From Candidatus Micrarchaeota archaeon (lineage in GTDB: Archaea > Micrarchaeota > Micrarchaeia > Anstonellales > Bilamarchaeaceae), in the NCBI GenBank assembly GCA_043821365.1, contig JBDRCX010000006.1, positions 128,001 through 192,000 of the forward strand: a stretch of DNA of 64,000 nt, in the 5' to 3' direction. Below the pieces are notes generated by a model. The model did not search any database. It had not been told where the DNA came from and saw nothing but the letters and a program-made list of their open reading frames with translations. This document shows, one piece after another, positions 18,022 to 27,024 of this stretch. Made by a program: the position numbers and the translations under genes. The stretch's first letter is position 1; every line of letters starts with the position of its first letter.

Positions 18022-19128
18022 CTAGATAGAAGCAAATGACTTTATTCCGATCTCACTTCCAAGAATACTTGCAAGTTCTTTCACAAACACTATCGTAACT
18101 ATAAGGGAGAAGATCGGTGCAAGGACATTATAAAGTGTGGATTGGGCAATTGCATGATCATTAGCCTGTGCGATAATTGTTAGATCACCGCTTAGATCTA
18201 CAGAAAGATTTTGGGTGTGGTTTTGTTGTGAGTATAGGAAAAGATCGCATGATGTACCATTTTCTTCTAATGTAAAGTTAACAAGAGTTTCATTGACTAA
18301 TATGGTTGTGTAATTTCGCATAGTGCCATTAATATAAAATAAACTATTATCAAAACTGCACCTTCCGCTCATTAAATCTAATTTTGCTGCAAGTGCATAG
18401 TTATCATTAAGATCAATAACAGGAACTGTTGCGTAGTAGGTATTATTTGTAAAATTTTCCATAATTGCAGTAGAAGTGTTTATTGTTTCAGTTGGATTTG
18501 GGAAAATGAGTATGAATGTTGGATAGAATATATACAAACCAATTGCAAGTGCAATCAAAAATCCACCAAGTTTCCTTGTTGCAAAAAGAGTTCTTAGTAC
18601 AAGACCCAGAGGGAATATAAGTCCAAGTGCATTCTGACCGATAAATGTTGCCACCTGAGTGTTCAGTTGACTAAGCATCATGATGATATTAAGTGCAAGA
18701 AGTTGTCCTGAAAAAAGATCGGAAACCGAAGCAAGATTAACAAATGGAGATATTGCAAATGCACCAAAATCAAGTGAAATGCTTTGATAATAACCAATAA
18801 TATTAAGTGTTTGGACAAGTTGTTGGAATAAAAAGAAGAGTGATGTGTTTACTGAATCAAGCGTACATATGAGCTGAGTTACCACGTTCCCAGCAGAACA
18901 TGATTCAACTACTGCAGTTGAACTTATTGTTCCCACCAATTCAACAACAACAGCAAAAGAACCTATGATTGCAGCATTTACGACGGATTGGATAAGTTCT
19001 TCTAATCCAAATTGCTCTATTCTTTTACTTTCAATAGCACGTCCGATGCCAACAAGTATACCAGCTAAAACAATAGAAGCAGTAACTACAATAACTGCTA
19101 TTTCAATTCCAACAAATTCCTCAGCCAT
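18022..19128 (-). CDS. Polytopic membrane protein, VirB6/CedA-like
   Basis: Several TM segments, G.EELIQS..NA motif, FPLGLVLRTLF.TRKLGGFLIALAIGLYIFYP, sequon-rich external loop. Confidence 0.6.
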   Translation of the reverse strand: MAEEFVGIEIAVIVVTASIVLAGILVGIGRAIESKRIEQFGLEELIQSVVNAAIIGSFAVVVELVGTISSTAVVESCSAGNVVTQLICTLDSVNTSLFFLFQQLVQTLNIIGYYQSISLDFGAFAISPFVNLASVSDLFSGQLLALNIIMMLSQLNTQVATFIGQNALGLIFPLGLVLRTLFATRKLGGFLIALAIGLYIFYPTFILIFPNPTETINTSTAIMENFTNNTYYATVPVIDLNDNYALAAKLDLMSGRCSFDNSLFYINGTMRNYTTILVNETLVNFTLEENGTSCDLFLYSQQNHTQNLSVDLSGDLTIIAQANDHAIAQSTLYNVLAPIFSLIVTIVFVKELASILGSEIGIKSFASI

Positions 19129-19164
19129 TGCTTTGAATAAATTGTTCTAATATTAAATAGATTT

Positions 19165-19653
19165 CTATTTTGGTTTTGGTATACTTATTTTTAGATAACG
19201 TAAAAGAAAAGCGATACCAAAATAGGAAATCAAACTAAAGATAGCGAGAATAACTGATGTGAATGGCACAACAAAAAGATTGATGAGAAAACGGATAACA
19301 AATACAGTAAATGTACACGTTGTTCCTTGGAATAAGGATGGAAGGATGACAATGAGATTTGACATTATGGCAGGAAGTAAATTAGAAAGATAAAGGTCCT
19401 TAAGAAAAGAATATGGCATCTCTTTCAAAAATAACAAATCATGATTTTTGTATGAGAATGATATGGTAGACTTAAGATAAAAGAGATACGCAATAAGAAA
19501 CCAGATATCAACATGAGTGAAGTAGGATTGAATACCGCACCCAGCCATAAACATACCGGAGGAACTAATTAGGACCCCCAAACCAACATAAGAGACTAAG
19601 CAAACTACCAAGATAACAATCAAAGCGATCGGAAGTTTCCAAATACTTAGCAT
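19165..19653 (-). CDS. Hypothetical integral membrane protein
   Basis: 162-aa ORF with about 4 hydrophobic segments. Confidence 0.55.
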   Translation of the reverse strand: MLSIWKLPIALIVILVVCLVSYVGLGVLISSSGMFMAGCGIQSYFTHVDIWFLIAYLFYLKSTISFSYKNHDLLFLKEMPYSFLKDLYLSNLLPAIMSNLIVILPSLFQGTTCTFTVFVIRFLINLFVVPFTSVILAIFSLISYFGIAFLLRYLKISIPKPK

Positions 19654-19683
19654 GAAATTTTTTAGTAGTGGATGTTTAAGATA

Positions 19684-20325
19684 CTAGAGTTTCAATAGTT
19701 TTTTTCCCAAGTAAATAAATTTAGTCGTCCCTCTTGCATAAATAGGCCCTTTTTTAGTTACAAATTTTGCTTTCGAGAGAGTTTTGAGAAGGGATTTTGG
19801 ATTATCAATATCAAAATCCGGAAGCATATTATAAGTATTTCCAAATTCAAAAAGAAAATGACTATCACTTCCAACTGCTTTTGTGATTTTATTCTTAGTA
19901 GCAAATAGATCTGCTTTTTCATTAAATTTTAGATCCAAGCAACGAGCATTAAAAACTTCTATAATGTCCACTTTTTTTGCTTCTTTAGTGCTTACATGTG
20001 CACCAGATCTACCATAATCATACATATGTGGAAGGTAGGCAAGACCACCTTGTTCATGTACCTTATCAATTGCTTCAAGAAACGAGGTTTTTTTTGGAAT
20101 TAACTCATTTACATAAAGACCAACGAGATCTCCCCTATCAGTGGAGATTTCCTCACCTGGAATAAACTTGGCTCCGATGGAAACTAGGTCATTGTGGGCC
20201 TTTATTGAATTATGATCAGTAATTGCTGGTATGATTCCTAGCTTCTTTGCTTTTGCTGCAAGATCCTTTGGTTGGGTTAAAGAATCAGGAGAATATTTTG
20301 TATGTGTATGGAAATCAATTTTCAT
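19684..20325 (-). CDS. PHP-domain metal-dependent phosphoesterase
   Basis: DFHTHT.YS.D, ITDHN, GEEI, PH, EVFN, GSDSH; start MKIDF at 20325. Confidence 0.92.
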   Translation of the reverse strand: MKIDFHTHTKYSPDSLTQPKDLAAKAKKLGIIPAITDHNSIKAHNDLVSIGAKFIPGEEISTDRGDLVGLYVNELIPKKTSFLEAIDKVHEQGGLAYLPHMYDYGRSGAHVSTKEAKKVDIIEVFNARCLDLKFNEKADLFATKNKITKAVGSDSHFLFEFGNTYNMLPDFDIDNPKSLLKTLSKAKFVTKKGPIYARGTTKFIYLGKKLLKL

Positions 20326-20326
20326 A

Positions 20327-20608
20327 TTAATCAACAATTGCGTGGTTTTTTTCAAGAAGATCGATTAACTTCTTAGCTAATTTTTCGCCAACCTTACTAC
20401 TTATTTTTTTATTTCCTTTTATCATAATTCTTCCACTTGCATAAAGACTAACAGAGTAGTTTTGAAATTTTGAAAGTATAACAACAGAACTGGTGCCAAC
20501 AGATGGTAATGCATTCTCAGCTTTTTTCAAATCAATTTTCTTTCCATTAAGCTTTACTTCGATCCCGTTGGATGAACTGCATGGCTCGACTACGAAAAAA
20601 TCCATCAT
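20327..20608 (-). CDS. Small hypothetical protein resembling the C-terminal domain of long ThiF/MoeB proteins
   Basis: ATGA overlap with the ThiF stop; SLYASGRIMIK motif. Confidence 0.6.
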   Translation of the reverse strand: MMDFFVVEPCSSSNGIEVKLNGKKIDLKKAENALPSVGTSSVVILSKFQNYSVSLYASGRIMIKGNKKISSKVGEKLAKKLIDLLEKNHAIVD

Positions 20609-21282
20609 CCGAGCTTCGCCCTCCAAAAGATGTCTTTTTTATCGAGATCAAAAAACAGTGCGTCTGGTGCACAGACATATGGTTTTTTTAGTAAGAAATT
20701 AACTGCCTGTGATGCTGCAAGTGAACCAGCAAGAGATGCTGCAGGGCAGATTATTGATGAGCAAGTCTGGTAGTGCTTTAATTCAAGGTTTTTTGGCAAT
20801 TGAAATGCATCTTCAAACTTATAATTAGTAAATGTTGTCACCATACCCCTTGTGCCTAATACCGAACAGAAAATGAATGGTATTTTTTTCTTACGGGCCA
20901 TTTGAGCAATGATAAGTTTTGATTTAATATTGTCAGTACCATCAAGAAGTATTGATGAACTGACCTTAGTGTGTTCGTCAAAATGACTGAATACTGATAT
21001 TTTGATATTTTTGTTTATTATTTTCGCTCTTGCCAAAGCAGCATGCACTTTTGGCATATCAAGAAAATCATCAGTTGCTAGAGTCTGTCGGTTAAAATTT
21101 GAAAGTTCAAACCGATCATGATCAAAAACAGTTAAATTCTCTGCTCCCAATCTCAGTAAATTTTCTAAAATAAATCCGCCAGTGCCACCAAGTCCAATTA
21201 CTGTGAATTTTGTTTTTCGGATTAGTTCCTGTTGTAGCTTAGAGAATGGATTTTTCAAGAATTTTTGTTCGTAGAAGTTCAT
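20605..21282 (-). CDS. ThiF/MoeB/HesA family adenylyltransferase (E1-like)
   Basis: VIGLGGTG, D.DRFELSNFNRQ, KVHAA, LDGTDN. Confidence 0.9.
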   Translation of the reverse strand: MNFYEQKFLKNPFSKLQQELIRKTKFTVIGLGGTGGFILENLLRLGAENLTVFDHDRFELSNFNRQTLATDDFLDMPKVHAALARAKIINKNIKISVFSHFDEHTKVSSSILLDGTDNIKSKLIIAQMARKKKIPFIFCSVLGTRGMVTTFTNYKFEDAFQLPKNLELKHYQTCSSIICPAASLAGSLAASQAVNFLLKKPYVCAPDALFFDLDKKDIFWRAKLG

Positions 21283-21707
21283 TGTTTCAGATGCTCTTTC
21301 GATATACGTCTGAGTTTGTCTTTTATCAAACGCACTTCTTCTTTCCTAACATTGCCACCATGAAGCTCAGTTAGATGTTTCAAAACGGCAAATCTTTTTT
21401 GCACATGTGGATCGATTGTGTGTTCCCTGAGTATCCCGAAATGGGTCACATGGTAGAAGAATATTGAAACACCTGAAAACAGAACAAGAATTGTAAATAC
21501 TTTTCCAATGTCAGTCTGCGGAGCCAGATCACCATAACCCACAGTTGTTATCGTGGTTGAGATAAAATAAATTGAATCAACAAAACTGAATTCTTCTACT
21601 TTCATATAAAATGGAACTGCAATTGCATAAATTATCAGAATCATCAATGCTGCATTAAAAAGATGTTTCTTTACCTGGTCTAAAGATGCCATGGAAAGGA
21701 TAGGCAA
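21279..21707 (-). CDS. Two-TM potassium channel pore subunit
   Basis: Selectivity filter TTITTVGYGDLAP between two TM helices. Confidence 0.92.
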   Translation of the reverse strand: MPILSMASLDQVKKHLFNAALMILIIYAIAVPFYMKVEEFSFVDSIYFISTTITTVGYGDLAPQTDIGKVFTILVLFSGVSIFFYHVTHFGILREHTIDPHVQKRFAVLKHLTELHGGNVRKEEVRLIKDKLRRISKEHLKQ

Positions 21708-23507
21708 TTAACTATTATAACGGTTCTTTTTTTGTTTTGGTTTTTTACTAGACGCAACAATCACCAAGTCTTTTGGACGGGTTTTGGCTGTTTGATAATG
21801 TATTGACAATGGTTTTCGTCCACTTAGGAAAAACCAGGTTGAAGATGCTCTTATGGCACTCCAAAAGAAGAATAAAGAAATCAGCCCAAAAACCAGTGAA
21901 AACCAATTGAACACTTGTGGCATGGAAAGAGATTCCACAAATAAGGAATAATTTACGAATACTATAAAAGATATGGCAGATATTAGTAAATTACGAACTA
22001 TAGTATTTTGTTTTGCACCAGATGTGCTTTGTGAAAACACTATTGATAAAACATCAAGTAGATGTTTTGAAGAACGCAGAACACGATAGATGGGTATCAC
22101 TGAAAGCATTGTAAGAATGGTCAGGAAAAGAGTGTGTGCAGTGGTTTCTATTTCCCACACAGAAACAGTAAATTGCAAAGAAGAAACAGAGAACCATAAA
22201 ATCAATATTATTCCTGCGATATATGTAATGTCCCATTTTACTGATTGCACTTCTTTTACAAAATGGGTGCGGAAATAACCATGTGGTTCAAACGCAGTTA
22301 GGACGTTTCTCGAATAACCAGATGCATTTTTCAGAGTATCTAGTACTTTATGAGGAATTGTTTTCTTTAGGAAAAGATAGACATTATTATAACTTCTTAA
22401 TACTGATGACGAAAGAACTGAACTTATCAGAACCCCTATTGAGACTATACTGATTAAGTTTAGCGGCACTAACCCAACACCTTCCCTAGCTATCAATAAT
22501 GAGAATTCACCTAGTGGAATCATTGCTAAGCCTGCGAAAACAGAAGACCTGCCATCTGAACTTATTAAATAAAACGCAACGGTTGTTGCTAGAAAAACAG
22601 TTATGATAAAACTGAAAACAAGGATGAGTGTGATGTCCAATGAAACAAGTAGAGCAACTGGGTCAATAAACATACCAATTGATAGGAAGAAAAATGATGA
22701 GAAAACCACGCTGAATGGTCGGATCCCTTTTTCAAAATCTTTGCCATTTGGAAGCCCTGCAATTATACTTCCTGCTAAAAAAGCTCCAATTGCAGGCGTA
22801 AGACCAAGCATTGATGCGAATGCACTTAATCCAATTCCAAGAGTGAGTGAAAATAATATCAATGTATCCTCGGTCTGATAACGAAAGAAGATGACAGAAA
22901 GTTTTCTAATTACACGAAGCAGTAACACATATGCGAATACTAGAATACCAATTGAAATCAATAACGCACTTATGATACCTTCTGCATCATAGTTTCCAAT
23001 TTTTAGATTTGAAAAGAAAGTAAGCAGAAAAACTGCAACAATATCCTCGATTACAAGTATTGTTATCAAAAACGGGATCTCTTTTCTTTCTACAAATTTT
23101 TTCTGTTCAAGAATCTTCATCATTATTGCTGTGCTGCTCATTGAAAAAACAGAAGCAAGAAAAATAGAGCTTAATGAATCGAACCCCATTAGAATTGCAA
23201 TTTCATGCATTATTGCAAAAGTAACTAAAATAAGCAGAAAACCACATAAAACTGCCCTTAAACCTACTGAGAACAGCTTTGCAATACTAAACTCTATACC
23301 AACCATAAAAAGAAGAAGTATTGCACCTATTTCTGCGATTATTTCAATTGAATTTGATTCCAGAAGGTTTAGGAAATTAGGTCCTATTAACATTCCTGCA
23401 AAAAGCAGACCAACAACTGGCGGGACCTTAAAACGCACTGATAATACTCCAGCAACTGCTGCAAGGAGTAATACCCAGCCAAAATCAAACATATCAATGC
23501 CGTTCAT
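21708..23507 (-). CDS. CPA2 cation:proton antiporter
   Basis: P.VVG...AG..IGP, LLFMVG.E, SSTAI, ILVIEDI, GAFLAG, GEFS; extra C-terminal TMs. Confidence 0.9.
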   Translation of the reverse strand: MNGIDMFDFGWVLLLAAVAGVLSVRFKVPPVVGLLFAGMLIGPNFLNLLESNSIEIIAEIGAILLLFMVGIEFSIAKLFSVGLRAVLCGFLLILVTFAIMHEIAILMGFDSLSSIFLASVFSMSSTAIMMKILEQKKFVERKEIPFLITILVIEDIVAVFLLTFFSNLKIGNYDAEGIISALLISIGILVFAYVLLLRVIRKLSVIFFRYQTEDTLILFSLTLGIGLSAFASMLGLTPAIGAFLAGSIIAGLPNGKDFEKGIRPFSVVFSSFFFLSIGMFIDPVALLVSLDITLILVFSFIITVFLATTVAFYLISSDGRSSVFAGLAMIPLGEFSLLIAREGVGLVPLNLISIVSIGVLISSVLSSSVLRSYNNVYLFLKKTIPHKVLDTLKNASGYSRNVLTAFEPHGYFRTHFVKEVQSVKWDITYIAGIILILWFSVSSLQFTVSVWEIETTAHTLFLTILTMLSVIPIYRVLRSSKHLLDVLSIVFSQSTSGAKQNTIVRNLLISAISFIVFVNYSLFVESLSMPQVFNWFSLVFGLISLFFFWSAIRASSTWFFLSGRKPLSIHYQTAKTRPKDLVIVASSKKPKQKKNRYNS

Positions 23508-23557
23508 ATGGGAGCTAAATGTTAAACTGCGGGAATCTATTAAAACCTTCTAGGTGA

Positions 23558-24826
23558 TTGCATACTATGGAATTTTTCGTCGACTGCTTAGGGGCATCTA
23601 GGGAAGTCGGACGAAGTGCATTCATGCTTCGTACAGATAAGAACGTAATGATTGATTATGGAATAAAAATTTTTGATCAAAGTGGACTTCCAAAATTTCC
23701 TTTAGATACTTCTTTTGACCCTGATCTTGCAATAATATCCCATGCCCATCTGGACCATAGTGGATGTCTTCCATCACTTTATCGTGAAAACAAAATAACA
23801 TGGTACTCCACACCACCAACAAAAGATATTTGTGAGATTCTGTGGCTTGATTCGATGAAGATAATGGGGGATGGACTCCCATATAGACTTGGACATTTAA
23901 ACAAAGCATTCAAACACTGGAACCCCCTACTATACAAGAAACCAATACAAACAGGAGAAACAAGAATCGAATTATTTGATGCTGGACATATAAATGGAGC
24001 TGCGATGGTTGATGTTGAATACAAAGGAAAGAGTTTCTTTTATACTGGCGATTTCAAATGTGAAGAAACAATGTTGCACAAAGGAGCAAAATTCATAGAT
24101 GGTGTTGATATTTTAATGACAGAAAGCACCTATGCAAAGAAAGAACACCCTCCGAGAAAAGAAGTTGAACAAAGATTAATTGAGGAGATTTATGACACAC
24201 TTGAAAGCGGGGGAAACATACTTTTACCATCATTTGCACTTGGTAGAACACAGGAATTGATCGCATTGATTAGAAAATATGATGAACATGTCCCTGTTTA
24301 TGTTGATGGTATGGGCAAGGCAATTACGCAGATTTATCTTCAATATCCGAATTACATAAAAGATCCAGAAAAATTTAAAAAAGCAGTAAGAAGCGTAAAT
24401 ATGGTTGCTGGAATTCCTGATAAAAAAGCAGCAACCAGAGAACCATCAGTAATAATTACAAGTTCAGGTATGATGAACGGTGGACCTGTTTTGAATTATT
24501 TGTTTAATTTGAATAGTAATTCAAAAATCATCCTAACTGGCTATTGTGTCGAAGGAACCAATGGAGATACGTTATTGAGAGAGGGATATATAACACAGGA
24601 TGGGGAGCAGTTGCATGTTGATTTGCCTGTTGAATATATGGATTTGTCTGCACATGCTGGAAGAACAGAAATTCTAAACTTCATAAAAAAAGCAAGTCCA
24701 GAGAAAGTTTTGCTTGTTCATGGTGATGCACCTGAAGAATTTGCAAAAGAATTGAAAGAAGATCATGGATTTGATGCCCTTGCACCTTTACCTGGTGAGA
24801 GAGTAATGTTTGGTGAAGAAAAATAA
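23558..24826 (+). CDS. Beta-CASP metallo-beta-lactamase ribonuclease (aCPSF-like)
   Basis: GASREVGRS, SHAHLDHSG, AGHING, YTGD, ESTY, ALGRTQE, SAHAG, VHGD. Confidence 0.93.
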   Translation: MHTMEFFVDCLGASREVGRSAFMLRTDKNVMIDYGIKIFDQSGLPKFPLDTSFDPDLAIISHAHLDHSGCLPSLYRENKITWYSTPPTKDICEILWLDSMKIMGDGLPYRLGHLNKAFKHWNPLLYKKPIQTGETRIELFDAGHINGAAMVDVEYKGKSFFYTGDFKCEETMLHKGAKFIDGVDILMTESTYAKKEHPPRKEVEQRLIEEIYDTLESGGNILLPSFALGRTQELIALIRKYDEHVPVYVDGMGKAITQIYLQYPNYIKDPEKFKKAVRSVNMVAGIPDKKAATREPSVIITSSGMMNGGPVLNYLFNLNSNSKIILTGYCVEGTNGDTLLREGYITQDGEQLHVDLPVEYMDLSAHAGRTEILNFIKKASPEKVLLVHGDAPEEFAKELKEDHGFDALAPLPGERVMFGEEK

Positions 24827-24830
24827 AAGA

Positions 24831-25631
24831 TTATTCTGAATTGCAATAGGAAATTTCTATTTCAGCCCATTTTGCACCAAAACTATAACCAGGAGCAATA
24901 GTTTTCACAGTTATTAGATAGGTTTGGCCATCTATAGATATCATAGCAGACGCACCTTCTTTAATTTTAAGTTTAGCTAGTGTGTTTTCTCCTTGAGTGA
25001 TTGATAAAAAGGCATAATTACCATCATTCTGAACCCCAAGATCATCTAACAGAAAAGCCAGTGAACCAAGAAGTAGTGATTCCCCTTGATTTATTATACC
25101 CATTGCAGCAAGACCACTAGTTGAACATACATCTGAAATAGATGGACAATTTGATTCCACCTGTAAAACTGCACCATGAACGCCATCATCTGGAATGTAA
25201 ATACCAATTAATGAAACCTTGAGATTGCCAAAAACAGAATTAAGTTCTTGAGATTCACCACGATAAACTCTTAGTTGTGCAGTTTCGTTGCAATCAGGAT
25301 CTTGTATGGATATTAAAACAAAATGATTGCCATTACGATCTTCACCAACTTCAAGAACTTTGAAATGCGTTTCATCAACATCAAGTGTTTCACCAACTCT
25401 AACATATGAATGAATTGGTTTATCGCCACATAGCAATCGTGGACCAGATTGGCAAGAAACCACATCTGAAGGTCCAGTTGAATCATGACCATAATGATTG
25501 TAAGTGTCTCCACAAGCACCAAGTGCACCTGCTAAAACAGTTGTAGTTAGAATAACTTTTCCCTTAAAGGCATTTCTTCCTGCATCAGTACCGATATTTC
25601 TTGGTCTAACATTCTCTCTTGATAATCTCAT
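24831..25631 (-). CDS. Putative lipoprotein/surface protein with an internal S-layer-like beta repeat
   Basis: Long basic leader, lipobox-like ALGA-C, two related GE....F.....G......A.L.I modules. Confidence 0.65.
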   Translation of the reverse strand: MRLSRENVRPRNIGTDAGRNAFKGKVILTTTVLAGALGACGDTYNHYGHDSTGPSDVVSCQSGPRLLCGDKPIHSYVRVGETLDVDETHFKVLEVGEDRNGNHFVLISIQDPDCNETAQLRVYRGESQELNSVFGNLKVSLIGIYIPDDGVHGAVLQVESNCPSISDVCSTSGLAAMGIINQGESLLLGSLAFLLDDLGVQNDGNYAFLSITQGENTLAKLKIKEGASAMISIDGQTYLITVKTIAPGYSFGAKWAEIEISYCNSE

Positions 25632-25697
25632 TTTTACACCTGCATATTGATTGATTAAGTTACAAAAAGAGATAATAAGGGAGTAGGTTTAAAAGTG

Positions 25698-26972
25698 TTA
25701 TTTTTTGGATTTGTACGGATTAAACAGCTCTATTATAACTAATTCTTCACTACATGCAAGATGAGATGGGGAGTTTCTGAATTCCTTGAAAAAGTCGTGA
25801 ATTGCATCTCTTAACCTTATAACTGGGCGTTTCACCTGGGCATAAATTTTCTTGTTTTTGATTATGAATTTGGCTTTTCGATGTGATAATTTGAATTTCA
25901 TAAGATGATCTTCCATTTCTATCGGAGGGCCCTCTACCAACATTTTAACAGGCATTTTATCATCAGCAACAATAACAGCTAAACGCACAAGGTGCTTATG
26001 ATCATCTGCAATTATTTTTGGATCATATTCCTCAAGATGATTAGTTAGTTGGTGGATCATTTTGTAGATCTGCCCCCACAAAACATCGTCGACTATATCT
26101 GGCCGTGGCATGGAAATTAAATATGTTTTTTTATTTTTGGATGAAGAAATTATTTTTTGCTCGAATGTTGGTATTTGTTTAAAGAAAAAAGATTCAGATG
26201 GTTTCTTTAGGAATTTTTGACATGTTTTCATGAATAAACGTAGATTTTCCTTAGAAACCGCAGCTGCAACATTTCTGTTCTTATCGGTTGGATCTATAAT
26301 AACAAAATCACCAAATTTCTCAAAAACATGATTAAACTCATTTTTCTTATAATATTTTTTCAGATCTATTAGGATGTGTTCTTTCCATTTTGACACAGCC
26401 TTCAGAAGTTTTTGGAAATTTCCATATTTGATAATTAAAAGTTCGCATAAATATCCTGAAAATCCCTTAATCTTTATCTCTGCACCATAGAGTGAATTTG
26501 CATGAAGGAATTTTTTCAAAAGTAAAACATCATCAATATTGGTTTTTTTGAGATGAGACTTTACAAATTCTGTATGTAGAACAGATCGATCAACTGCACT
26601 TAATCTTTCTGATGCATCTGATATTTTATATGCTGGAACAAGATCTATGCTCCTGCCCTCGTACTTGAATCTTGCATATGGATGTTCAGCATAACTAAAT
26701 TGATAGTGAATATTTGGGAAACATGATAGCATGATTTTTTTCAAGGTTGGCTCAAATGAGCTTTTGGAAGCTGATTTTGGAAACAACACAAAAATATCAA
26801 CATCTTTTTTATCATGAAGAAATGTCTTTTTTGCCATTGAACCAGTCAAAACCACCTCACATTTACGCGGAACATGTGCCTTAATACGAAATAAAAGAAT
26901 ATTGCAAAAATTGATTTCACGTTCTAGTTCATGGGGAGATGGCTTGATTTTTGCTAAAACTCTAGAAAGCAT
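25698..26972 (-). CDS. cca: Archaeal class I CCA tRNA nucleotidyltransferase
   Basis: TGSMAKKTF...KDVDIF, YAEHPY, DLVP, SAVDRS..HT, YGAEIK..GFSGYLCELL, DPTD..RNVAAAVS; start MLSRV at 26972. Confidence 0.95.
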   Translation of the reverse strand: MLSRVLAKIKPSPHELEREINFCNILLFRIKAHVPRKCEVVLTGSMAKKTFLHDKKDVDIFVLFPKSASKSSFEPTLKKIMLSCFPNIHYQFSYAEHPYARFKYEGRSIDLVPAYKISDASERLSAVDRSVLHTEFVKSHLKKTNIDDVLLLKKFLHANSLYGAEIKIKGFSGYLCELLIIKYGNFQKLLKAVSKWKEHILIDLKKYYKKNEFNHVFEKFGDFVIIDPTDKNRNVAAAVSKENLRLFMKTCQKFLKKPSESFFFKQIPTFEQKIISSSKNKKTYLISMPRPDIVDDVLWGQIYKMIHQLTNHLEEYDPKIIADDHKHLVRLAVIVADDKMPVKMLVEGPPIEMEDHLMKFKLSHRKAKFIIKNKKIYAQVKRPVIRLRDAIHDFFKEFRNSPSHLACSEELVIIELFNPYKSKK

Positions 26973-27024
26973 ATAATAGGCTAACCTCGCAAAGATTTTA
27001 AAAGAACAATATGGAAACACAATC

